A stretch of 64,000 nucleotides of DNA from a virus (taxonomy: Duplodnaviria; Caudoviricetes), in IMG/VR virus record IMGVR_UViG_3300005076_000002, positions 32,001 through 96,000 of that record; one strand, 5' to 3'. The number at the start of each line of letters is the position of its first letter. Position 1 is the first letter of the stretch. Shown one piece after another: positions 39,021-47,179 of this stretch. The notes below the pieces were generated by a model that saw only the letters and a list, made by a program, of their open reading frames with translations, did not search any database and was not told where the DNA came from. The position numbers and the translations under genes were made by a program.

Positions 39021-39797
39021 ATGAATTTCATCGCGTCCAACCGTGCTGCTTTTAACCGTGATTTCGAGAACGGTTATATTAGCAACATCAGAGTTATGGT
39101 AAAACCGACCGGAGTCATTTGCTACGTCGACAGTATCAACGGCGTAACAAACCTGCACAACGGATCGACGCATCTAGTAAACGATGCGCTATCATCAGCG
39201 CTGGCGAGAGCCGGGATATATGGTTGGGTACTCGTGCATGCCCGCGACGTACCTCGTGTCACCAGCAAATGGCTGACATACAACCTCAACAAACTCCCGC
39301 TTGAGGAGTGGGCAAGTAGTCTTGTCGTGTATACCTTTGGGCAGGACCTCAGCGATTATGATTTAACGTCATTACCGTTCGAGGTTAAACCACTGGAACT
39401 GGAAAATATAGATGACGGGATATCATCTATCCTTTCAAAGTACAGCCACGACATGGCTTTTGACGGACTGATAATTTCAGCCCTCAATAAAATCAAGGGT
39501 GAGGTCTTCTATAAGATTCTCCCCAATCGGGTAACTCCAGCCAAAATCGTTGCCGTTGGCACCGGACGAGGCGGTAAAATAACAAGTCTGATCGTGGAAA
39601 CAAACCACGACGGTAAAGATTACGTAGTGAACGTGGCGTCGATTCCCAGCTGGATTAAGGAGACCGCTGTCTACCGATATCGAAATAAGTTTATCGGTGG
39701 TGAGGTTGAGCTCTCATATACCTCTTTTAATCCTGGGGATCGAATTAAGAATTTCAGTAGTCCGGCCATCACATCGGTTCCGGCAGTAGACCTCTAA
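39021..39797 (+). CDS. Degenerate ATP-dependent DNA-ligase-like protein
   Basis: VKPTGVICYV (motif I-like), FDGLIIS (IV), YKILP (V), OB-fold-like IVAVGTGRGGK..SLIV...IGGEVELSY. Confidence 0.45.
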   Translation: MNFIASNRAAFNRDFENGYISNIRVMVKPTGVICYVDSINGVTNLHNGSTHLVNDALSSALARAGIYGWVLVHARDVPRVTSKWLTYNLNKLPLEEWASSLVVYTFGQDLSDYDLTSLPFEVKPLELENIDDGISSILSKYSHDMAFDGLIISALNKIKGEVFYKILPNRVTPAKIVAVGTGRGGKITSLIVETNHDGKDYVVNVASIPSWIKETAVYRYRNKFIGGEVELSYTSFNPGDRIKNFSSPAITSVPAVDL

Positions 39798-39806
39798 GGA
39801 GGGAAT

Positions 39807-40178
39807 ATGGATTTACCTGTAGCACGCATTGCCAAAACGAACGTACGTATCGTTGATGGCGCTATTGAACTGGTCGACGGTGTATATGACGACACACTGC
39901 TCGGTCTTCATTCCACCTACGTGTACAGCGGTTGCAACGTAGCCGTAGTACGTGAAAAGAACCGCTTTGCGATTTATCGCGTGGCAAGCAACTATGACTA
40001 CGAAACGATGAATCGTCGGATCGTCATGGTCAAGCTGCGTGAGAAGCTCGCAGATGCTGGTATCGAACTCGTTGACTTCGGCCTGCTCTATCAAAAGGTA
40101 GATGGCTGGTATGTGAACGGTGTACCTATCAGCATGTACATCGAAAACAACAAGCGCTACTGCGCGCTTAAACACTGA
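39807..40178 (+). CDS. Hypothetical protein
   Basis: AAGGAGG SD. Confidence 0.75.
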   Translation: MDLPVARIAKTNVRIVDGAIELVDGVYDDTLLGLHSTYVYSGCNVAVVREKNRFAIYRVASNYDYETMNRRIVMVKLREKLADAGIELVDFGLLYQKVDGWYVNGVPISMYIENNKRYCALKH

Positions 40179-40288
40179 TATATCAGGCCTCGAAAGAGGC
40201 CTGCCTTATTCATGCCATAACGGCATAAAGCCCCTAGGTGCATTTCGCACCTAGGGTTATACGAAGCTATTGGTTTTATGGAGTAACA

Positions 40289-40717
40289 ATGAAAGCTTTG
40301 ATATTCGCTATTTTGACTGTACTGTCTTTTGGGGCCGTAGCCGATAACACTTATACCGAAGTGTTGAAGGTGTGGAACAAGTCCATTATTCAGAATGATC
40401 AGGATAACACATTGTGGTGTAATGAGTGCAATACTCAGCCTGATAAATATACAAAGTTTACCGGTGATGCGCTCACCGGGCCGATTAACCCGTGGTACAT
40501 GGCAGGGCCGACGTTGATAGCCCGTGTAGATACAGGTGTTATGTGCCCGAGCGGAGATTGGTTTGCAATCGATACTTACTCGCATCGAATCGTGCAAATC
40601 AAGCTGGCTAGCTGCAAAGAGATTTCGCCCGTGGTTATTGCGAACCCTCACAGCATTGAATTCAAGTTCTCCCAGGACGGGAAGAACTATCGAGTCGTCT
40701 TCACAGACGAGTCGTAA
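40289..40717 (+). CDS. Exported protein with a Sec signal peptide
   Basis: MKALIFAILTVLSFGAVA|D; four Cys; GGAG SD preceded by TATG. Confidence 0.75.
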   Translation: MKALIFAILTVLSFGAVADNTYTEVLKVWNKSIIQNDQDNTLWCNECNTQPDKYTKFTGDALTGPINPWYMAGPTLIARVDTGVMCPSGDWFAIDTYSHRIVQIKLASCKEISPVVIANPHSIEFKFSQDGKNYRVVFTDES

Positions 40718-40751
40718 AAGCTAGGGGCTCAGGCCCCTAGTTCTTTTTTTT
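40716..40751. terminator. Bidirectional terminator
   Basis: AAAAG-CTAGGGGC-TCAG-GCCCCTAG-TTCTTTTTTTT. Confidence 0.8.
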
Positions 40752-41349
40752 GTGTCCGGTGGTTTGGGATGAGGCCACTACTTTCGCGCTGCGCATCGGC
40801 TGCCGTATTTCGTGACCCCATCCCTCGCCGGATGTAGATTGTGTTTTATGCCCCAAGCCTAGTACCTGTCGTAACTTGCTAGCGTGTCCAATCAGCGGGA
40901 CGGTACCCTTTCCGAGGACCTGATAGCCAGCGAAGAGGCGGCGACGGCCGCTTTGACTTTCCAATGACTTGTTACAGACATGACCACCTGCAACGGTCAG
41001 AACCGGGCGCAAGGTGTTTTACAAGTTACCGTCGGTGCCAATCGGAATCCACCGTCTTGGCTTGTTGTACCCCTCTGGGGCCGATAACCGTGTCCACAAT
41101 CCACAGCACCGCTGAGGCGACTAATCTGCCTGACCGAGGCTACCAATCGCGGGAGGGCGATACGGAGGCTGCCTGAATGTTCCAAGGCTTGCCGAACTGA
41201 TCTATTCCATCCCACCCCTCTAGACCCACTTCACCGTGCGGTTTGAATGCAGGGGAAGACTAGGGGGCATGGCCGACGCTTCCATTCAGCGACTGCCTAC
41301 GGTTCTCGATCTGTGTTCGGTTTGATTTTTGTCGACACAACGTTTCTGC
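40720..41349 (-). ncRNA. Putative ~600-nt structured non-coding RNA (unknown family)
   Basis: No credible ORF; nested helices whose mismatches become G-U pairs only on the minus strand; TATG at 41352-41349 and a terminator at ~40720. Confidence 0.6.
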
Positions 41350-41690
41350 ATAGTATACACACACAAATGTAATTTTTTACATGGTTTGTATTTTATATAG
41401 TTTCTCGATACAGGGTTTTGATACCCTGATCGGTTGTTTCGTGTATTGTTTCAATTAGTGCGTGTGTACGCGTGCGCGTGTTATTATTATTTTTACTATC
41501 CGTAAGGATAAGTAAAAATTAAAGATTAAAAGAAGTAAGGAAATAAATATATAAATATATTTATTATTTTTATACGCGTTGCGTAGGCACGCACGCGGAA
41601 TAGAGAAGGGGATTATTTTTGATCTCCGATAAGATAATTTAAATCTATCGGGAGATTCAAAATTAATCCTTGGATATTCTTCGGATCAGA
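41350..41690. other. AT-rich, palindrome-dense intergenic region (candidate origin or pac site)
   Basis: Inverted repeats at 41489-41519, 41542-41565 and 41610-41669; CGCGTGCG/CGCACGCG pair flanking the AT core. Confidence 0.45.
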
Positions 41691-41694
41691 CAGT

Positions 41695-42273
41695 TTGGAC
41701 AGTACGGAAAATACTAAACCAAAATTTCGTGAGATTAAACCTCACGAAAAATCTTTGATGATAATCCGAACGCGCGAGGGCCGGCCGGTTTTTTTTAACA
41801 TGGGTGGGTTATATTTTGCAAGAACCCACAAGCGAGGATCCGAGATGCGAACACTCACCCCCAGTGCGTTCGTCTTGGAATGCCTTGGTGGCATGGTCTC
41901 AGGACGGAACCTGAAACCGAATTCCAATTTGATTGCCCATGTTATGCGCAAAATATTCACAGCCCCCTCAGCCACTCCGAACGACGAATACGTGGTCGTA
42001 GGCGTGCCGTTTTACAATCTCGATTACGGAATCGATGCGACCGGCATTGCCGTCGAGGAACTGTTCAACGGCGAAGCGGATCTAGTCAACGGTCAGAGCG
42101 CTGAAGCGATCGTCGGTGATATTCTCCAGATGTACTTGCTCCCCATAGCCAGACCTGGGGTTAGTCAAGCACAGATCAGATTGAACACCGCGTTTTGTGA
42201 TACCATGATAAACCACCTGATCTACTTCGGGTACTGGTATCGGATGGATCACTACTCGAACGAGCTCCACTGA
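41695..42273 (+). CDS. Hypothetical protein (start uncertain; TTG 41695 or ATG 41758)
   Basis: Long ORF with protein-like composition, in an operon with the next gene. Confidence 0.65.
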   Translation: MDSTENTKPKFREIKPHEKSLMIIRTREGRPVFFNMGGLYFARTHKRGSEMRTLTPSAFVLECLGGMVSGRNLKPNSNLIAHVMRKIFTAPSATPNDEYVVVGVPFYNLDYGIDATGIAVEELFNGEADLVNGQSAEAIVGDILQMYLLPIARPGVSQAQIRLNTAFCDTMINHLIYFGYWYRMDHYSNELH

Positions 42274-42286
42274 TCGGGGGTGGAAC

Positions 42287-42697
42287 ATGAGACAAATCAA
42301 TTTGGTCGCTATGCTATGTGAAAATCCCAAATCGCTGGCTTCGATGGCTAACCTCGATCCTACGGATCAGAGAACACGCTGTTACAAACGGGCAGTAGCT
42401 ACCCATGTCGCTGTAGAGGAAGCTTGTGGTCGCATAGCAGAGCTCGGCAAGCTTAGCGGCACCGTAGAACTCGATTGGGATACGCCGTATTGTGATCGGC
42501 TCGGTAAACGCCGGGAAGATCGCGTCACTAAGATCATCGAAGAGTCCATCGAGAGCGGTGGAAACGATCCGATCTTTGCAGTGACACATGCCGTAAGACA
42601 CTTCGTAGTCAAAGATGTATCGAAGATGTCCGATGACAAGTCTAATGAATACATTCGGAAGATTGTCAACGGTATTGTAACCAGAACACGCTCGTAG
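42287..42697 (+). CDS. Hypothetical protein
   Basis: GGGGGTGG SD; terminator at about 42738-42770. Confidence 0.7.
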   Translation: MRQINLVAMLCENPKSLASMANLDPTDQRTRCYKRAVATHVAVEEACGRIAELGKLSGTVELDWDTPYCDRLGKRREDRVTKIIEESIESGGNDPIFAVTHAVRHFVVKDVSKMSDDKSNEYIRKIVNGIVTRTRS

Positions 42698-42781
42698 TAC
42701 GCGCTGTGTGCAGATGTCAGTTTACTCTGTTTATTAAGCTCTAGGGGCTTGTCCCCTAGAGCCTTTTTTCTTTTTTTGTTT

Positions 42782-43597
42782 TTATACGCCAGAACGGCCA
42801 GCACGTTTGGTATGGATCATACCACGTTGCGGATCCATGAGGATCAAGATCTTCGACCATTTCTCATTGAGCAGGGTGTTATAGACCTCGAATGCATCGC
42901 GGTATTCATCTACACGTTCACGGTAGCGTCCGAGTTCACGACCGCCATCGAGTTTGAACTGTTCGATCTCCAAATCCAGCTTTCTGAAAATAACGACCTT
43001 AGTGGCCGCCAGAACGAGTTGACAGAAATCCTGGTAGTAGGGTCGAGTAAGTTCGCTAAAGTCGCTAGAATAAGCAACCAGGCACGATAGCGTGGTGTCC
43101 GAGGTGAAGTTCTGGAAGTCACGGATCTTGATCACGTTATCGTTCAAAACTTCGATCTGAGCGTTAGCAATATTAGGCACAGGGCGCCAGCTATTGATAA
43201 CACGTTGACCGGAACGTTCGATAGGCGCTACGAAGTTGGTGTTGTTCGTAAGGCCGGGTTGTCGCTCGGCAAAGTTACTGGTTACGTTCAGCGTAGACTT
43301 AAGAACCTGCACGATCTCACGATTGAATGTAAGGGCGTACGGGATCTTGTAGATACGCTCGTAGTTGGGGCGCATCTCCCACTTAAGGCCTGAGAGATTG
43401 ACGTCTACAAGCACACCACCGATAGTGGCGATATCGGGCATTACTTTCTTTTCAATTACCTCCTCGCGGATAGCTTGTTCGATAGAACGACTTACCCGAC
43501 GCAGTCGATCTGATTTAGGGATGAACGCATCCATGAGGATACGGTCAGGTATATCTTGATTCAGAACGTGTCTGATCGCGAATGAAAAGGCGTCCAT
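42782..43597 (-). CDS. Conserved late/virion protein (phiKZ gp42-like position)
   Basis: ATG 43597 follows AGGAGG with TATG upstream; IP..IL..AF, A.K..IF, LDGG.ELG..R..V..Y.DA motifs. Confidence 0.65.
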   Translation of the reverse strand: MDAFSFAIRHVLNQDIPDRILMDAFIPKSDRLRRVSRSIEQAIREEVIEKKVMPDIATIGGVLVDVNLSGLKWEMRPNYERIYKIPYALTFNREIVQVLKSTLNVTSNFAERQPGLTNNTNFVAPIERSGQRVINSWRPVPNIANAQIEVLNDNVIKIRDFQNFTSDTTLSCLVAYSSDFSELTRPYYQDFCQLVLAATKVVIFRKLDLEIEQFKLDGGRELGRYRERVDEYRDAFEVYNTLLNEKWSKILILMDPQRGMIHTKRAGRSGV

Positions 43598-43694
43598 GGG
43601 ATCCTCCTGTATGGTACATAGAATCGGCCACAAAGCTTCCTATGCGTTAATAATTACATAAATGAAATCATATGTGGAACAGGGGTAGGGGTTT

Positions 43695-43725
43695 AAAAAT
43701 GATTTAGCAATATATTATCTAGATG
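43695..43725 (+). promoter_or_regulatory. Early-type promoter for the small-gene cluster
   Basis: AAAAA, then TATATTATC at 43711-43719. Confidence 0.6.
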
Positions 43726-43750
43726 GTAACCAATCTTAAGAGGCTTTAAC

Positions 43751-44104
43751 GTGGATAGCCAGACATCATTGTTGTCTTTCAATAGCAAAGAATATTCAGT
43801 TCCATTCATGGAATACGTAAAAGAGCATGAGATGGATTTTGAATGTAGTCGACAAGAACTGTTTATGGCTGTCATTATCTTAGCCGTAACCGAATACTGT
43901 AACCTTACCATCTCCGCAAAGCTATACGGTAAGATTTTCTCTGTACGTGACTACAATCGATACCTACTAAGAAAGTGGGTTATTAATTGCTTTCTCCCCG
44001 TCGAATACCATAAGTTAAGAAGAACCTTTTCTAACTGTGATAGTATCGAAGACATTCAGTTTCTAGGAGGATCGCTATATGCGGTCACCTCAACCTTAAG
44101 GTAG
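43751..44104 (+). CDS. Hypothetical protein (small-gene cluster)
   Basis: GTG start after GAGG. Confidence 0.6.
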   Translation: MDSQTSLLSFNSKEYSVPFMEYVKEHEMDFECSRQELFMAVIILAVTEYCNLTISAKLYGKIFSVRDYNRYLLRKWVINCFLPVEYHKLRRTFSNCDSIEDIQFLGGSLYAVTSTLR

Positions 44105-44109
44105 ATCTA

Positions 44110-44820
44110 ATGAGAGTCGCTTTTGACGTCCAGCATATTTACGACCATGTAGTAGCAGATCTCAGAAACTCTAAGTGCTTGTTAAATATACCTTTTATCG
44201 ATAGAGTTATGACTTATCGGGAGTATGAAAACCTCGAATATATAGATGCAGGTAAGGATCTTTCTACTCGCGAGCTGACCGCCACTAAACGTACCATGGA
44301 CCGATTAGTAAAAGAGCTAAGCCGCGAGATCCTGGTCTACTGCTGTTATAGCCACTTCCTTTCAATACCACCTGGGATAGAGCGCATGCTCATCAAGCTA
44401 TTTGATGATCTGTTTATCCCGACCAAGGATAGGCAACGGCGTACTATCGATAACTCACAGGCTTTAGGTTTTTACGCGTTGTCTAATTCTGTTGCCGAGG
44501 GCATGGCCGCTATAGACCAGCACAACTTTGATCGTTGGGCTATTGCCAACTTAGAATTTAAAGGTAATTCTGCTATCCTTACCGTCGGTAGGAATCTTAA
44601 GGATTATCTCTTTGAAGAAGCCCATGGCAAGGGTCGTTGGCGGGGAGTGCAATATTTCCCTACTGGCCGAGCTGAAGTTATTGAAGATGAAGAACGTGTA
44701 GCAGACGATCTTCTGTCATCGCTGAGTAAGGTCACAGACTACGATGCAAGACCTAAAGGAAGACCAGCCACAAAACCATGGCGTATACGTCGCCGCCCCC
44801 GTCGTAAGAATCTACTATGA
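44110..44820 (+). CDS. Hypothetical protein (small-gene cluster)
   Basis: TAAGGT SD. Confidence 0.7.
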   Translation: MRVAFDVQHIYDHVVADLRNSKCLLNIPFIDRVMTYREYENLEYIDAGKDLSTRELTATKRTMDRLVKELSREILVYCCYSHFLSIPPGIERMLIKLFDDLFIPTKDRQRRTIDNSQALGFYALSNSVAEGMAAIDQHNFDRWAIANLEFKGNSAILTVGRNLKDYLFEEAHGKGRWRGVQYFPTGRAEVIEDEERVADDLLSSLSKVTDYDARPKGRPATKPWRIRRRPRRKNLL

Positions 44821-45133
44821 GCCATTAGACATACTCGAACGTTTCAGTAGCGTCGTAGAGTCATTGGGATTCTTTCTAGACAATGAGACGACTATTGAGT
44901 TGTTCATGGTTTTGTTTGAGCTCTACGTTGACTATTTCAACCTAGAGGGGCGTCCCGATATTAATCTGGCGGCTAGATGTTATCTGCCAGATATCGAAGA
45001 TGCGGAGGTGTTAGTTATCTCTGCCTTTGTTCGGGACTTCCTAAATAGAATGATAAGTCGTGAGTCAGTCACGCAGATAATAGACTTTAAATTTACATAT
45101 AGCTGCTTTTCTATTTTAGCACGTGTGGAGTAA
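44744..45133 (+). CDS. Hypothetical protein (overlaps the previous gene by 77 nt)
   Basis: Fills the gap before 45137; protein-like composition; start uncertain. Confidence 0.55.
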   Translation: MQDLKEDQPQNHGVYVAAPVVRIYYEPLDILERFSSVVESLGFFLDNETTIELFMVLFELYVDYFNLEGRPDINLAARCYLPDIEDAEVLVISAFVRDFLNRMISRESVTQIIDFKFTYSCFSILARVE

Positions 45134-45136
45134 ACG

Positions 45137-45589
45137 ATGAAAAATAAACTAATACGGCTGATGTTTGACCGGGAGTATACCGGCGAACTCAGCTTTGACC
45201 TCAATGAGTATGACCTCTATGAGGATTACAAAGTAAACAACTTCGAAGTTATGACTGCCATCATCATGGCTATCTTGCACGACCTCAGCACTGTAGACCA
45301 GCGTCTGCATATCAGTACCTTTAGCCACAACGCCATCCAGTCAGAGCTTATAGATTTGTTTACGAACTCTGTCGGTCCCAAAGACGATGATTGCGAACCG
45401 GATGGTATTCAGCGCCTGGCCAATATCGATTATCGGAAGATTCGCGAGTTGGCCGTAGAGCTTAGCCAGCTACCTTCCATTGAACCGCTCTACATGGCGT
45501 TGAAGCGTGGTACGCGCGGTCTCAGATACCATCCCCATTCGGTCAGATATGTTCATGACAACATAATCGTCTATATCACTGAAAAATAA
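45137..45589 (+). CDS. Hypothetical protein (small-gene cluster)
   Basis: GGAG SD. Confidence 0.7.
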   Translation: MKNKLIRLMFDREYTGELSFDLNEYDLYEDYKVNNFEVMTAIIMAILHDLSTVDQRLHISTFSHNAIQSELIDLFTNSVGPKDDDCEPDGIQRLANIDYRKIRELAVELSQLPSIEPLYMALKRGTRGLRYHPHSVRYVHDNIIVYITEK

Positions 45590-45627
45590 CTAGCAGTGGC
45601 ATTTGCCACTGCTTTTATGGTGTAACT

Positions 45628-46050
45628 ATGCAAACATACATAATCGAAGTCTTTGATGACATGACTTGTCTCATGGAAGAAGTATCTGCAATGTTGAGCG
45701 ACATTTATGATGCAGAAGACATCATACTGTCTAAAGAAGACTGGGACGGCCACGTAGCTTATGCACTGGGCAGCCTTATATTTGCACTAACTCATATTGA
45801 CGGAATGTCGTACCATCAATTTGTAGCCGATATGCTTAAGTTCTATCGAGGTAACGTCAACCTTAAGAACAAACAACCGAAGTATAATCAGGTGACAGAG
45901 TTTGCAGACCTCCTAATACAGTCCCCTCCATCCGTCTCTATCCAACGGCGTCTAACCAAAGCCATCGGTAATTTCCTACAGAACCGGGCATCCATAGAGA
46001 CAGAGATATCAATAACACGACGCCAACTGATCGTGAGGATTTTTGAATGA
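45628..46050 (+). CDS. Hypothetical protein (small-gene cluster)
   Basis: ATGA-coupled to the next gene. Confidence 0.7.
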   Translation: MQTYIIEVFDDMTCLMEEVSAMLSDIYDAEDIILSKEDWDGHVAYALGSLIFALTHIDGMSYHQFVADMLKFYRGNVNLKNKQPKYNQVTEFADLLIQSPPSVSIQRRLTKAIGNFLQNRASIETEISITRRQLIVRIFE

Positions 46051-46529
46051 GGATTTATTTAGACATCCCAAACTTTGATGAGAATTATGAGGATCTAATC
46101 CCTTATATGGTTAATGGCAATCCCTCCGGGTTGATCGCCGCCATTATTGAAGACATCAATATTCTTCGTGACAATGTCTTTGGATTTATCAAAGGCAACT
46201 ATAGCATCGAAGCCCCACGCATGGTGGAATACATTATCCGTGCCTCCACCGATCATAGCTTGCCCAGGCTCGATAGTCGGGCAATAAAAGTAATCTCGAA
46301 CATCTGTTATGAGATATTCAGTACGGTCTTTAATCGGATAAGCCGTAATCAGGATTGGTATAACCACGCCTATTCGATGGAAAGCTTCTCGTATGGTAAT
46401 GTCAGAAGTTATGGGGTGATTTCGCTTTTGTTATGTGGCACCCCTATCTCCTCTCATCAGCCGGAGTTGCAACCAAGAATCAATTTAGTTGCAAAAGACA
46501 TTATGAAGGCCATGTTCGGCAGGTCTTAA
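46047..46529 (+). CDS. Hypothetical protein (small-gene cluster)
   Basis: GAGG SD and ATGA overlap. Confidence 0.7.
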   Translation: MRIYLDIPNFDENYEDLIPYMVNGNPSGLIAAIIEDINILRDNVFGFIKGNYSIEAPRMVEYIIRASTDHSLPRLDSRAIKVISNICYEIFSTVFNRISRNQDWYNHAYSMESFSYGNVRSYGVISLLLCGTPISSHQPELQPRINLVAKDIMKAMFGRS

Positions 46530-46538
46530 GGAAAGACT

Positions 46539-47171
46539 ATGTATGTTTTTGATTATTCCGAATACAATGAACAAATAAATGAAATTCTGACGGCGATTGA
46601 AGGTGACTTTGTTTTTGGAGTAATCGAAGAACTCACGGTGGAGGGACTCTATACCAAGAACACAACACCTTCTGAAATGAACCGGTTCTGTCGTAAGGTG
46701 CTGACGGTTTGCATTGCAACCACTATCGCCTACCAGAGCTGGCGAGAGCGCGAAGAGTATTATTCGAAGATAATGGATACGACGGCCAATGCTATCGAAG
46801 AATACTTGAAGGATATGGTTGAGATGGACGTCCTGTATGAAGAAGATGGTATCGCATACGACTCCTCGTGGGCATCGTTTGTACCAGACAGCATCCCTTT
46901 CAACATCCGGTCGCTAGATGACATCAATGATATCGCCGATATCGTAAGTGGTATTGCCGTAGATAATGTCCATGAAGTACCGCTGCATGAAGACCAGCAA
47001 TATAAATCAATGTTGAGGCGTGTAAAGCGCGCACAGGACAGAACAGTTCCTGACTTGAGCGAGATACCAGACATTGAAGTGGATGTATCTATGCGTACCT
47101 ATACGCTGTATGAAAAGCAACCGCGCAGAATTAATCTTATCGGCGAAATTGAACGAGGCCTTCGGCATTAG
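46539..47171 (+). CDS. Hypothetical acidic protein (small-gene cluster)
   Basis: TAAGGA SD. Confidence 0.7.
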   Translation: MYVFDYSEYNEQINEILTAIEGDFVFGVIEELTVEGLYTKNTTPSEMNRFCRKVLTVCIATTIAYQSWREREEYYSKIMDTTANAIEEYLKDMVEMDVLYEEDGIAYDSSWASFVPDSIPFNIRSLDDINDIADIVSGIAVDNVHEVPLHEDQQYKSMLRRVKRAQDRTVPDLSEIPDIEVDVSMRTYTLYEKQPRRINLIGEIERGLRH

Positions 47172-47179
47172 GAGTAAAC

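Noticed and set aside
40855-40965. RNase P-like GGAAAGUC and GGCUU on the minus strand
   Set aside because: Only about 95 nt apart, only 5 bp of P4-like pairing and in the wrong position within the RNA; a cmscan run would settle it.
40737-41215. Short ORFs 40737-41012 (-), 40964-41176 (+), 40997-41215 (-)
   Set aside because: No convincing SD, atypical codon usage and composition; better explained as incidental frames in a structured RNA.
41285-41300. Group I intron R-like TTCAGCGACT; also tmRNA or tRNA identity for the ncRNA
   Set aside because: No matching S element, no interrupted host gene, wrong strand for the G-U evidence; no T-loop/CCA end.
44744-44820. Arg-rich NLS-like tail (WRIRRRPRRKNLL) of ORF 44110
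   Set aside because: It falls in the 77-nt overlap with the next gene and is probably a by-product of that reading frame.
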